50,785 nucleotides of DNA, from the IMG/VR virus record IMGVR_UViG_3300031228_000007, positions 1 through 50,785 of that record; one strand, given 5' to 3'. Shown here in pieces: positions 15,743-24,749 of the stretch. Below the pieces are notes generated by a model, which ran no database searches, was not told the DNA's origin, and saw nothing but the letters and a program-made list of their open reading frames with translations. Numbering within the stretch: the stretch's first letter is position 1; each line of letters starts with the position of its first letter. The DNA is from a virus (taxonomy: Duplodnaviria > Caudoviricetes). The translations under genes and the position numbers were made by a program.

Positions 15743-16009
15743 ATGCTCAACGATTTCAGCGACGCTCTGTCCGCCCTGATGGCCGACGATCCGGGCCTCG
15801 TCATTCAGACCGACGGCAACCGCCCCCAAGTCCTTGTCGGCCTCTGGTTCGATGCTGCGACCGGGCGGGAATATGTCTGCGCCTTCGCCGGCACGTTCGC
15901 CGAGGCCCATGCCATCGCCGTCAAGCGCCGCGCCGACAAGCTCGCCAGCGCTGAGGTCGAAATCGAGGTCCGCCGCGAGGTCGAGGCCCGGATGCAGGCT
16001 GCGGCGTGA
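15743..16009 (+). CDS. Hypothetical protein
   Basis: AAAGGA RBS, MLNDFSDALSAL..., 88 aa. Confidence 0.7.
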   Translation: MLNDFSDALSALMADDPGLVIQTDGNRPQVLVGLWFDAATGREYVCAFAGTFAEAHAIAVKRRADKLASAEVEIEVRREVEARMQAAA

Positions 16010-16524
16010 TGGCACAGGTAGAGACATCCGTCTTCGACTCCGAGGACAACTTCGACCGCGTCATGGACGCGATGCAGACGCTGATGCGGCTGGAGCCCGG
16101 TCACGTTCTGACAGCCGAGGAAATCGAAGGGCTCCGTTTGCTCGACAAGTCGAATCGCGAGGACGCCGAGCGAGCGCAGGACGCATTCAACAACGGCTAC
16201 GAATGCGGGCTTGCCCGTGGTGCCGGTGCTGACACCGCCAAGCTGATCGAGGAACGCGACGCCGCCCGCACAAGGGTCAGCGTCATGGCGGCGTGTTCGG
16301 CCTTCACCGAGCGCAATGCCTTCATCAACGGCGCTCAGGTCTGCCGCGAGATGGTGGCCCGCTTTGTTGAGCAAGGCGGCGACTCCGCTACGGCTGAGAG
16401 CATCCGCGCCAACTGGCGCCCGTCATGGGGCAATGACCCCGGCACCCCGCCTCAGGAATATTACGACCGGGCCGCGCCGTGCGACATCCGCGAGCGGGCA
16501 CGGGAACTGAGGGAGGACGCATAG
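16006..16524 (+). CDS. Hypothetical protein
   Basis: 172 aa; GAQVCREMVARFVEQGGD...SIRANWRPSWGNDPG. Confidence 0.75.
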   Translation: MMAQVETSVFDSEDNFDRVMDAMQTLMRLEPGHVLTAEEIEGLRLLDKSNREDAERAQDAFNNGYECGLARGAGADTAKLIEERDAARTRVSVMAACSAFTERNAFINGAQVCREMVARFVEQGGDSATAESIRANWRPSWGNDPGTPPQEYYDRAAPCDIRERARELREDA

Positions 16525-16613
16525 ATGGGCGCTCGCTCGCATATCTCCGAAATCACGCTTCACGAGCGCAGGCAGGACCGGCGGCCGGATGGGGCTCGGA
16601 TGCGGAGGGCAGC

Positions 16614-17375
16614 ATGACGAAGCCGCTCATCTCCGCGCCGGGCATCCCCCCCGACGAGCCCGTGATCGTCAAGGGCACGGTGCGCTATTATCCCGAGCTC
16701 GTTCAGGGTTCAGAGGAATGGCACCGCGCCCGCTGCGGCCTGCTGACGGCCAGCGAGTTCGACCTGATCCTGACGCCGACGCTCAAGATCGCGGCCAACG
16801 CGAAGGAGCGCGCGCATCTGTGGGAAATGGCGGCGCAGAGGATCAGCGGCTATGTCGAGCCGCAATACGTCAGCGACGCGATGCTGCGCGGCCACGAAGA
16901 CGAGATCGAGGCCAGCGCGCTCTACGCCAAGCATATCGCGCCCGTGACCGAATGCGGCTTCGTCACCAACGACAAATGGGGCTTCACGCTCGGATGCTCG
17001 CCGGATCGGCTGGTCGGCGACGACGGCATGATCGAAGCCAAGTCGCGCTGCCAGAAATTCCAGATCCAGACCATTTGCGAGAACGTCTGGAACGACAAAT
17101 CGGCGACCATCCCCGCCGACTTCGTGCTCCAGATTCAGGGCGAGATGCTGGTCTGCGAGCGGCAGTGGTGCGACTTCATCAGCTACAGCGGCGGCCTGCC
17201 TATGGCGGTGATCCGGGTCCATCCGATCGCCGCGGTTCAGGACGCGATAATCGAGGCCGCTTCCAAGTTCGAGGCGCGCATCCATGAAGTGATCGCCGAC
17301 TACCGGGCCGCGCTCGAGAGCGACGCGCGGCTGTTCCCCACCGAACGCAAGATTGAACAGGAGATAACGCTGTGA
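16614..17375 (+). CDS. YqaJ/lambda-type exonuclease
   Basis: QGSEEWHRARCGLLTAS, AMLRGHEDE, GCSPDRLV, IEAKS, QIQGEMLV, WCDFISY. Confidence 0.92.
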   Translation: MTKPLISAPGIPPDEPVIVKGTVRYYPELVQGSEEWHRARCGLLTASEFDLILTPTLKIAANAKERAHLWEMAAQRISGYVEPQYVSDAMLRGHEDEIEASALYAKHIAPVTECGFVTNDKWGFTLGCSPDRLVGDDGMIEAKSRCQKFQIQTICENVWNDKSATIPADFVLQIQGEMLVCERQWCDFISYSGGLPMAVIRVHPIAAVQDAIIEAASKFEARIHEVIADYRAALESDARLFPTERKIEQEITL

Positions 17376-17734
17376 AGATAACGACGGTTCGCTACCGGAG
17401 ACTGCAGTCGCATGACCGCGGCTATGGCCATGATGCTGTCGAGGCCGAAGGTCAGATTGAAGACGGCGAAGATGCCGACGCCGCCCTCGATGCTCTGAAA
17501 TTGTGGGTGCTGCACCGCCTCGACGGCATCCGTGAGATCGATCACCACATTGACACGCTGCAGAGCCTTCGCGGCCAAGTGTCGAGCGCCGAACGCCGCC
17601 TGTCCGGCATCAAGGAAGATATCGAGACTGGCCGCAAGATCATCACTGAGCATGAGAAGCTCGCCGAAATCGCCAAGCGCGAAGGGCTCGACGCGGAAGG
17701 CGAACAGCTTTTCGCCGTCAACCTTCCCTTCTGA
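17372..17734 (+). CDS. Hypothetical coiled-coil protein
   Basis: 120 aa between exonuclease and partner gene. Confidence 0.7.
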   Translation: MKITTVRYRRLQSHDRGYGHDAVEAEGQIEDGEDADAALDALKLWVLHRLDGIREIDHHIDTLQSLRGQVSSAERRLSGIKEDIETGRKIITEHEKLAEIAKREGLDAEGEQLFAVNLPF

Positions 17735-17747
17735 CGGAGAAAACAAA

Positions 17748-18626
17748 ATGACCGACCTTTCCCTCACCATCGATCCAAAATCCGACCAGCTCAACGCCGA
17801 CGATCTGATCGGCGGGCCGCGCACGATCCTTGTCACCCGCGTCTCCGGCCGCGACACCGCCGAGCAGCCGATCGCCATCAACTTCGAAGGCGACAACGGC
17901 AAGCCCTACCTGCCGTGCAAGTCGATGCGCCGCGTGCTCGTCCAGGTCTGGGGCAAGGACGGCAACCAATATCCGGGCCGGTCCATGACGCTCTATCGCG
18001 ACCCGGCGGTGAAGTTCGGCGGGCTGGAGGTCGGCGGCATCCGCATCAGCCACATGAGCCACCTCGACGAGCCGAAGACAATGGCGCTGACCGCGACCCG
18101 CGCGAGCCGCAAGCCGTTCACCGTGCGCCCGCTGCCGAAGTCGCAACAGCCCGAAGCCGCCACCGATCCCGCCGCGAAATGGGCGGCGGCCTATATCGAG
18201 AAGGTCCGCACGACCAGCGATGCGGCCGCGCTCAAGACGTTCATCGACGGCAAGGCGGCCAAGCTGGACGAATTGCGGCAGAAGCGACCCGAGCTCGCCG
18301 CCGAGATCGACCTGGCCGTTGCCAAGCCGGCCGACACGTCGTTCGAAGACGACTTTGGCCTCGACCAACCCGCCCACACCCCCGAAGGCAAGCCCGACGA
18401 GGAGCACGGCGAGGCGCATACCGACGCCGAGCACCCCGCGCGAGCGGCTGCGGACGAGATTATCGCGCGCGCCGGCAAGGTCGCCAACATGCCGGACCTC
18501 AACAGCCTGCGCTCCAACCGGAAGGCCGACGTCGCCGCCATGCCGGAGGAAATAAAGGCCGAGGTCGAGCAGGCTTACGGGGACGCCGAGAAGCGGTTGA
18601 AGGGCGGGCAGGGCAAATCCTCATGA
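17748..18626 (+). CDS. Conserved phage protein, putative ssDNA annealing/binding partner of the exonuclease
   Basis: PKSDQLNADDLIGGP...KPYLPCKSMRRVL..WG...GRSMTLYRDPAVKFGG..VGGIRISHMSH; recombinase position. Confidence 0.65.
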   Translation: MTDLSLTIDPKSDQLNADDLIGGPRTILVTRVSGRDTAEQPIAINFEGDNGKPYLPCKSMRRVLVQVWGKDGNQYPGRSMTLYRDPAVKFGGLEVGGIRISHMSHLDEPKTMALTATRASRKPFTVRPLPKSQQPEAATDPAAKWAAAYIEKVRTTSDAAALKTFIDGKAAKLDELRQKRPELAAEIDLAVAKPADTSFEDDFGLDQPAHTPEGKPDEEHGEAHTDAEHPARAAADEIIARAGKVANMPDLNSLRSNRKADVAAMPEEIKAEVEQAYGDAEKRLKGGQGKSS

Positions 18627-18934
18627 CCGCCACACTACTTGAGAGGCTGGAGCCTGCGCTGGAGCTGCTGCCGGTCACGGTGGAAGACGGGCAGGATTAC
18701 GCCACGGCAACCGGTCCACAGTTCCAGGCCATGACGATGAAGCCGGAAGCGTTTCTCGCGCTCAATGCGCTGCCAGACGCCATCGCGACCATCCGCTCAC
18801 TACAGGCTGAGAACGAGAGACTTTCCGGGGCGCTCGCTCGCATCCGCGATCACGATGGCGTGTCGTACCGATTTGGCGACGAGGTGCGACAGATAGCCCG
18901 CGATGCCCTCGCCACCCCGGAAGGAGAGGGATGA
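18623..18934 (+). CDS. Hypothetical protein
   Basis: ATGA-coupled, 103 aa. Confidence 0.65.
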   Translation: MTATLLERLEPALELLPVTVEDGQDYATATGPQFQAMTMKPEAFLALNALPDAIATIRSLQAENERLSGALARIRDHDGVSYRFGDEVRQIARDALATPEGEG

Positions 18935-19125
18935 TGCCGCTGTTTACATGCTCAGGGTGCGGTGCGGTCGAGAACACCGCCCTTGGCGACTACTGGAACG
19001 CGCGGCGCGAAGGCCGGCCCGTAAGGTGCTCGGAATGCGCCACGGGTGCTTGGCACGGGAGATTCCCAAAGCGCCCCGGCAATCCCGATCAAAACTCGTT
19101 GAGGAGCAAGTCACATGGCGAGTGA
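18931..19125 (+). CDS. Small zinc-ribbon protein
   Basis: CSGCGAVENTALG..W ... CSEC...WHGRF. Confidence 0.7.
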   Translation: MMPLFTCSGCGAVENTALGDYWNARREGRPVRCSECATGAWHGRFPKRPGNPDQNSLRSKSHGE

Positions 19126-19621
19126 ACATGCGCGGGAGCTGCTGGCGGCGGAGTATGCGGGCGCACTTCCGACCTACGGACAGAGCGAAACCTTGTACCC
19201 TGAGAGTGTCGTACTGCGCGCCATCGAAAAGGCCCTGTCCCTCCCCCGCATGGATGAGGTTGACGAAACTTTGCTCGCCAACATCCGCCCGACCTTGGTG
19301 CGCCTGCTCAACCACCACGACGTATGTGGTATCGACTGGCCCGCGCATGAGAGGGCGGCCAAAGAAATTACCGAAGCAACCCTCTCCGCGTTCAACGCAG
19401 GCATCGAGGCGGCTGCGAAGGTGAACGAGGAGCTTGTCGAGGCGCTGGAGTTTTACGCGAACGCCTGGGAGCAGGACGTGGACGCCGAGCAAACGCCGTT
19501 CGGTTGGCAAGGCTCCGTTGGCGACGTTTACCCCATCGAGGAGCTTTATCAGGATCATGGAGACAAGGCCCGCGCAGCCCTCGCCAAGGCCCGCTCCCTC
19601 GCCAAGGGAGACGGTGGATGA
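19115..19621 (+). CDS. Hypothetical protein
   Basis: GAGGAG RBS; LVEALEFYA...GDKARAALAK. Confidence 0.7.
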   Translation: MASEHARELLAAEYAGALPTYGQSETLYPESVVLRAIEKALSLPRMDEVDETLLANIRPTLVRLLNHHDVCGIDWPAHERAAKEITEATLSAFNAGIEAAAKVNEELVEALEFYANAWEQDVDAEQTPFGWQGSVGDVYPIEELYQDHGDKARAALAKARSLAKGDGG

Positions 19622-19812
19622 GCGAGAGATGCGAGACGTGTCGGTTCTGGCGGGCGATCAATCCGAGCGGCTTTTGCGCCCGCTTTCCACCAGTACCGCA
19701 GCCCGGCCTTCGGACGAATGACGACGTTGCGCCAAGCGTTTGGCCGGAAGCGAACCAAGCTGACTGGTGCGGCGAATATCAGGCCCAACCTCCCGAGGAC
19801 CCAGCCCCATGA
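19618..19812 (+). CDS. Small Cys-rich protein
   Basis: CETCRFW...GFCARFPP...WP......WCGEY pattern. Confidence 0.75.
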   Translation: MSERCETCRFWRAINPSGFCARFPPVPQPGLRTNDDVAPSVWPEANQADWCGEYQAQPPEDPAP

Positions 19813-20015
19813 AACCCGCCCGCAAGCTGGCCCTGGTCGAGCCGTTGCCGCGCACCTTCCCGCACGATCCAGCGAGGCGAGGCTATGTCGTGACTTACAG
19901 TTCCGACACGGTGAACCGTTGCCCCGGATGCGGGCGCGGGCATTGGTATGTCGGCAGGCTGTCGGCGGAATGTGCTTTTTGTGGCGTGGCGTTGCCGATC
20001 GAGAGGAGCGCGTGA
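19809..20015 (+). CDS. Small zinc-ribbon protein
   Basis: CPGCGRGHWYVGRLSAECAFCGVALP. Confidence 0.75.
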   Translation: MKPARKLALVEPLPRTFPHDPARRGYVVTYSSDTVNRCPGCGRGHWYVGRLSAECAFCGVALPIERSA

Positions 20016-20296
20016 TGGCACAGATTCTAGTCACGAAGCCCGGCACTTTGACGCTCGGCGATCGGCGGAAGCTCCGTAGGGCTGGCGTCGTCACCGTAGA
20101 AGCCGAGGCACCGCAGGACGTGCGGATGCTGACGCCAGAAGGCCCTCCGTTGGGCGGTGACGATCTGCTTTACGCGGCAATGCGGGCGCTGGCGCAAACC
20201 TCAGATGACAGTGCCGCCCGATACGCCAAGCGAGCCTTCGTCGAGATAATCGCCAAGCTCCTCGCCGAACAGCGCACGGAGCGCTTGGCAGAATGA
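20015..20296 (+). CDS. Hypothetical protein
   Basis: GAGGAG RBS, TGATG coupling, MAQILVTKPGTL... Confidence 0.7.
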   Translation: MAQILVTKPGTLTLGDRRKLRRAGVVTVEAEAPQDVRMLTPEGPPLGGDDLLYAAMRALAQTSDDSAARYAKRAFVEIIAKLLAEQRTERLAE

Positions 20297-20354
20297 CCCA
20301 CCCCACCCCCCTCGCCGAACGCGCCCACATCGTCGCCTACCAGGAGCGGCGGCG

Positions 20355-20915
20355 TTGAGCGGCTTTATCGAACTGAGGCCCGTTACTCGCGACGAAGCGC
20401 GCGCCTTCATTCGTCAGCACCACCGCCATCATGGCGTTCCGGTCGGCTGGCTTTGGCTGCACGGCGTCCACCGCGAAGATGGGGAGTTGGCCGGCGTCGC
20501 AGTCTGCGGGCGGCCAGTCGCACGAGCCTTGGACGACGGCCTCACTGTGGAAGTCACCCGCATGTGCACCGATGGGGCACCCAACGCGAACTCGATGCTC
20601 TATGCCGCCACTGAGCGGGCGGCGAAGGCGAAGGGCTATCGGCGGTGGCTCACCTATCTTCTCGCCAGCGAATGGGATCGTTTCGAGCATATCGAGACTG
20701 GCGAAATCGCCGTCAATGCCGCGCTGATCTTCGATCCGGAGTGGAAGCGGATTGGCGGCGCGGGCGTCCGGGCTGCGGGATGGAAGGAACTCTGGCGCGT
20801 CGGCGGGCGCAGTTGGGATTGTCCATCCCGGCCAAGGACCGACAAGCACCCGACTGAGGACAAGGTAGCGATCGGCGAAGGCGCATGGCCACAGCTATTG
20901 GAAATGGCCGCATGA
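20355..20915 (+). CDS. XF1762-family (Mom-like GNAT) putative DNA modification protein
   Basis: AFIRQHHRHH..., GVAVCGRPVARALDDGLTVEVTRMCTDGAPNANSMLY, GYRRWLTY, RAAGW; TTG start after CAGGAG. Confidence 0.82.
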   Translation: MSGFIELRPVTRDEARAFIRQHHRHHGVPVGWLWLHGVHREDGELAGVAVCGRPVARALDDGLTVEVTRMCTDGAPNANSMLYAATERAAKAKGYRRWLTYLLASEWDRFEHIETGEIAVNAALIFDPEWKRIGGAGVRAAGWKELWRVGGRSWDCPSRPRTDKHPTEDKVAIGEGAWPQLLEMAA

Positions 20916-20991
20916 ACGCCGCCCTTCAGGAACGCTCCGCCATCGTCGCCTACCTCGAAGCCCGCGCGGCTGTCACTAACGCAAGGAGAAG

Positions 20992-21303
20992 ATGATGGTC
21001 GGTATCATGCTTTTCGGCACCCTCGGCCTCGTGGTCGCGCTCGGCGTGCTTCGCGGGTGGGTGCTCTCTTATCTCTGGCTTTGGTTTTTGGTCCCGGTCG
21101 GCGTGCCCGCTATCGGCGTAGCGCACGCGATGGGAATGTCGCTGCTCATCTCGCTCTTCACTAGCCATGCCGCATCGCGCGACGCCGAGATGAAAGAGGG
21201 ATGGGATGCCTTCCGGTATCTGACCACGAAGCTCCTCGGTTACGCGGCGACGGCGCTGACGTTCCTCGGCTTCGGCTACATTCTCGCGGCGGTAATGACA
21301 TGA
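20992..21303 (+). CDS. Multi-TM membrane protein
   Basis: AAGGAG RBS; three to four hydrophobic segments. Confidence 0.75.
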   Translation: MMVGIMLFGTLGLVVALGVLRGWVLSYLWLWFLVPVGVPAIGVAHAMGMSLLISLFTSHAASRDAEMKEGWDAFRYLTTKLLGYAATALTFLGFGYILAAVMT

Positions 21304-21399
21304 CCAGCGATAGCCGACCGAAGCCCGGCAAAGCGAGCGCGCGCCAGTTGCGGGTCGCGGCGGGGGATATCGCGGCCGGGCTGCATCGGGAGGATGGGG

Positions 21400-21597
21400 A
21401 TGGTTGAGATGGAGCCCCTCGAATTGGACCTACCCACCCCGATGCGGCGCTGCCTTCAGCACCTTGTCGGGATGGGGATTTACGGCGCTACGGAGGACGA
21501 GGTGGCGACCTATCTGCTCCGGCGCGAGCTGCACGATCTTACCGCGACGAAGGTGCTGCCGCTGGTGGTGTGGAGCGGAGACGCCAATGGGCGCTGA
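21400..21597 (+). CDS. Small RHH-like DNA-binding protein
   Basis: LELDLPTPMRRCLQHLVGMGIYGATEDEVATYLLRREL: strand-helix-helix pattern. Confidence 0.55.
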   Translation: MVEMEPLELDLPTPMRRCLQHLVGMGIYGATEDEVATYLLRRELHDLTATKVLPLVVWSGDANGR

Positions 21598-21901
21598 ACT
21601 CCCCGAGCTCGCGCGCCACTGGTCTAGGCAGACCGACAAGCGCAAGGGTATCAGGCTGGAGGCCGACGCGCTCGACCTGCTGAACGCGATCGGCGTCGGC
21701 GAGCTGATCCAGACCAAGGCCGCAGAGCATCAGAGGACCACATGCCAGCATCGCGCCGCCCGAAGCCGCTCTATCAGCGTGGACCGTATTCCCTCCACCG
21801 CCGGCCCGGTCGCAACCTCGAAATCGTCTGGTACGACACAGAGCGCAAACGGGAGAGAAGCACTAGCGCGGGCACGGCGGACGTTGAGGCCGGGAAGCTA
21901 G
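21587..21901 (+). CDS. Excisionase-position protein overlapping the integrase 5' end
   Basis: GGAG RBS; 160-nt overlap with int; Ser/Thr-rich out-of-frame tail. Confidence 0.55.
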   Translation: MGAELPELARHWSRQTDKRKGIRLEADALDLLNAIGVGELIQTKAAEHQRTTCQHRAARSRSISVDRIPSTAGPVATSKSSGTTQSANGREALARARRTLRPGS

Positions 21902-22932
21902 CCCTTGACCGCGCCTTCCTCCTCAGCGCCGGCGTGCGCCATTGCCCGACCTGCCATCGGCCGTGGGAGGGCGAGGCAAGCCCGCTACTCGCCGACGTGA
22001 TCGCCGACTATCTCCTGCTCGCCGACGGCAAGGCCGGAGCGAGATCGGCTCGAGGCCGGCTCGGCCACGTTATCGGCTATCTCGCCGACCGCCCCGAGAC
22101 GCGCTGCGCCGACGTCGACGGGCGGTGGATCGACGACTTCCGGCGGTGGCTGCTCGCCATGCCGGTGCGCGCGAAGGATGGCGCGGTGCTGCGGCCGCGG
22201 TCGATCGGCGCTGTCGAGGGGTGCGTTCTCCAGCTCGCCGCCGCGATCAACGCCGCGCCCGGCCAGGCCGCGCAGTTCCGCCCCGAACAGCCCAAGGCGG
22301 TTTCCAGATCCCCGGTCTATCGCGCCGACGTGAAGACCCTCGCCGCCATGTTCCGGTTCGCGACGGCCGAGCCGCACCGGCTCAACCTCCTGCGCTATCT
22401 GCGCTTCGCCGTCGCGACTTGGGCCCGGCCGGACGCCATCTTCGACGCCGGCCCGGCGCAATGGCACTCCGCCGCCCGCGTGCTCGACCTCAACCCGCCG
22501 AACAGGAAGCAGACGCGCAAGTACCGGCCAAAGGTGCCGACCGCCCGCCAGTTCGTGCCGTTCCTCGACAGCGGCGAGGCTTTCCTGACGGTCGGCAGCG
22601 TGCGCGCGTCGTGGGGCAAGATGCGCGACGAGCTCCATCTCCCCGGCGAACGCGAGGCCGGCGAGAAGCTGATCCGCCGCTCGGTCGCGACGCTGGCCCG
22701 CAAGCGCATCGGCGAGGCGAACTGGCGTCAGGGCGAGATGATGCTGGGCCACGTCAAGGCCAGCATATCCGACATCTACGCGCTGCCGGACCCGGCCAAT
22801 CTGGGGCTCGCGCTGGCGGCGACGGAGGCGATAATCGAGGAGGTCGAGGCCCTTGCGCCGGGGGCCTTTTACCGCAACGTTACCGCGAACGGGCGCCCGC
22901 TCGAAGTGGTCGAAGGAGGGCTAAGTGATTGA
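21742..22932 (+). CDS. int: Tyrosine integrase
   Basis: Catalytic-like R (TWARP), K (KYRP), K-x-x-R (KLIRRS), LGH, Y (SDIYA); adjacent to tRNA-fragment attP. Confidence 0.9.
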   Translation: MPASRRPKPLYQRGPYSLHRRPGRNLEIVWYDTERKRERSTSAGTADVEAGKLALDRAFLLSAGVRHCPTCHRPWEGEASPLLADVIADYLLLADGKAGARSARGRLGHVIGYLADRPETRCADVDGRWIDDFRRWLLAMPVRAKDGAVLRPRSIGAVEGCVLQLAAAINAAPGQAAQFRPEQPKAVSRSPVYRADVKTLAAMFRFATAEPHRLNLLRYLRFAVATWARPDAIFDAGPAQWHSAARVLDLNPPNRKQTRKYRPKVPTARQFVPFLDSGEAFLTVGSVRASWGKMRDELHLPGEREAGEKLIRRSVATLARKRIGEANWRQGEMMLGHVKASISDIYALPDPANLGLALAATEAIIEEVEALAPGAFYRNVTANGRPLEVVEGGLSD

Positions 22933-23099
22933 TCAGGAAGGTGGAGCGGGCGAAGGGAATCGAACCCTCGTCGTAAGCTTGGGAAGCCTCGGCCTTCGCC
23001 CGAAAAGCGCGGATTTCCAGCGGTTTCGTGTTCCGCTGCGAAGGGACAGGCGGGGAACGGGCCGTGAATCGCGGCGGGGTTTACCGCAGATTTGCCGCG
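22869..23099. repeat. Putative integrase arm-type sites flanking the attP core
   Basis: Tandem TTACCGCA/TTACCGCG at 22869 and 22880, and TTACCGCA/TTGCCGCG at 23081 and 23092, both with 11-bp period. Confidence 0.7.
22942..22987 (-). mobile_element. attP core: 3' half of tRNA-Gly(CCC), anticodon arm to CCA (not a full tRNA)
   Basis: GCTTCCCAAGCTTACGACGAGGGTTCGATTCCCTTCGCCCGCTCCA: CCC anticodon, GTTCGA T-loop, CCA end; no D-arm or 5' acceptor strand; 10 bp from the int stop. Confidence 0.93.
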
Positions 23100-23109
23100 C
23101 GGTGGTGGC

Positions 23110-24117
23110 GTGATCGTCCGCATCACTCAGCTCGACGGCAAGCTGCCGAACCTAGCGCTGATGCGCTTGTCGGCGTGGCACCGTGAGCAGGGTGACGACG
23201 TGCGGTGGGAGCGAAGCGCGATGCGCCAGCTCGGTGAGCCCGAATATGACCGCGTGTACGGCTCGGCCATCTTCGCGACAACGGCAAAGAAGGTGGCGCT
23301 TTACCGCCAGCAATTCCCCGGCGCCATCGTAGGCGGCTCGGGCGGCGATCCAGCCGTCGGGCCGAAGGTGCGGACGGAATGCTATGTTCCATCGCAGTTC
23401 CGCGGGCTCGACTATTCCGGCTATCCGGATTTCACCGCCTCGCTCGGCTACTGCTCGCGGGGATGCCGTTCCAAGTGCAAGTTCTGCGTGGTGCCCAGCC
23501 AGGAAGGCGCGATCTATGCCGTCGCCTCCGTGGGCCAGATATGGCGCGGCGAGCCCTACCCGAAACACATCCACCTTTTTGATAACGACTTCTTCGGCAA
23601 CCCAGAGTGGCGCGAGGTTGTCGACGAGCTCGTCGCCGGCAATTTCAAGGTGTGCATCAACCAGGGCATCAATGTTCGCCGGATCGGCGAGGAGGAGGCT
23701 GCGGCGATCGCCAGCCTCCAATACAAGGACGACCAGTTCCGCCGACCGCGCCTCTACACTGCATGGGATAATCTCGGCGACGAGCGGGTCTTCTTCCGTG
23801 GGCTCGATTTCCTCACGGCATCCGGGGTCAAGCCGCACCATGTCATGGTCTATATGCTCGTCGGCTATGACCCGCGCGAAACGTGGGAGCGCATTTGGCA
23901 TCGCTACAATCAGATGATCGAGGCCGGGGTGAAGCCTTTCCCGATGGTGCACGACCGTCACCGGCAGGAGCATCCAGACCACTGGCGACTGCTCAAGCGG
24001 TTCCAGAGTTGGGCGGTGTCGCCGGCGCAGGGCAGTTGCCGCTTCGAGGATTTCCGCGCTGACCACCGGGCACCGCAGCCACAAGGCGGGCTGTTCGATG
24101 CGATGGATGCCGCCTAA
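23110..24117 (+). CDS. Phage radical SAM protein
   Basis: LPNLALMRLSAWH N-terminus; SRGCRSKCKFCVVP (CxxxCxxC); DNDFF, QGINVR, VYMLVGY. Confidence 0.88.
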   Translation: MIVRITQLDGKLPNLALMRLSAWHREQGDDVRWERSAMRQLGEPEYDRVYGSAIFATTAKKVALYRQQFPGAIVGGSGGDPAVGPKVRTECYVPSQFRGLDYSGYPDFTASLGYCSRGCRSKCKFCVVPSQEGAIYAVASVGQIWRGEPYPKHIHLFDNDFFGNPEWREVVDELVAGNFKVCINQGINVRRIGEEEAAAIASLQYKDDQFRRPRLYTAWDNLGDERVFFRGLDFLTASGVKPHHVMVYMLVGYDPRETWERIWHRYNQMIEAGVKPFPMVHDRHRQEHPDHWRLLKRFQSWAVSPAQGSCRFEDFRADHRAPQPQGGLFDAMDAA

Positions 24118-24162
24118 TGCCCCACACCGACCAGGTGGCGTTCCGGATGGATGGGCGGTGAG

Positions 24163-24510
24163 CTAGAATATCCCGAGGAATCGCCGCCGCGTGTCCCGCC
24201 TCAGCGCCTCCCGATGCAGGTCGAGGCAGCCCCGGTAGATGTGATCCACCGCCGGCGCGCGCTCGTTCGCTTTCTCGAGCTGCCCCGTCTGCTCGATGAA
24301 GCCGACCTGCCACGGTTGGGCGTCGTCATGCCCGTCCGGTAGCTGCTGGGCTTCAGGGAGCGGCGCCGACGGCACGGCGGCAAGCAGCGACGGCGGGATC
24401 AGCCGCTGACAGTTCGGCACACCGCCGGTCACCGCAATGTGACCGCATCCGGCAAGCAGCGCGAATAGCGGCAGCGTTGCTCTGGCCCGCAGGCTGCGAC
24501 AGGATTTCAT
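24163..24510 (-). CDS. o-spanin (Rz1-like lipoprotein)
   Basis: Lipobox LLAGC, Pro-rich, overlaps the 3' part of the i-spanin in another frame. Confidence 0.85.
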   Translation of the reverse strand: MKSCRSLRARATLPLFALLAGCGHIAVTGGVPNCQRLIPPSLLAAVPSAPLPEAQQLPDGHDDAQPWQVGFIEQTGQLEKANERAPAVDHIYRGCLDLHREALRRDTRRRFLGIF

Positions 24511-24748
24511 CTCTACCTCCTCTGACGGTCTGATCGACCCGCTGATCGGCTTCCATGACGTTGCTGACTGTGTTCCCGGCCTCCGCGCCGGCCTCGATCC
24601 CGGCTTCGCCCTGTCCCCGATCCACCTTGCTCTGCGCCGCCTGTTGCCGCGCCTGCTGGCAGGAACGGACCTGCAGCACGCCGAGAATGAGGACGACGAC
24701 GATCAGCGCGGCGACGACCTTGCCGATGGTGCTGGCGAGGAACTTCAT
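24353..24748 (-). CDS. i-spanin (Rz-like)
   Basis: N-terminal TM, Ala/Gln-rich periplasmic helix, C-terminal Cys residues. Confidence 0.82.
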   Translation of the reverse strand: MKFLASTIGKVVAALIVVVLILGVLQVRSCQQARQQAAQSKVDRGQGEAGIEAGAEAGNTVSNVMEADQRVDQTVRGGRDEILSQPAGQSNAAAIRAACRMRSHCGDRRCAELSAADPAVAACRRAVGAAP

Positions 24749-24749
24749 C

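Noticed and set aside
22942-22987. Functional tRNA-Gly gene
   Set aside because: Only the anticodon-to-CCA half is present; no D-arm or 5' acceptor strand, so it is an attP core.
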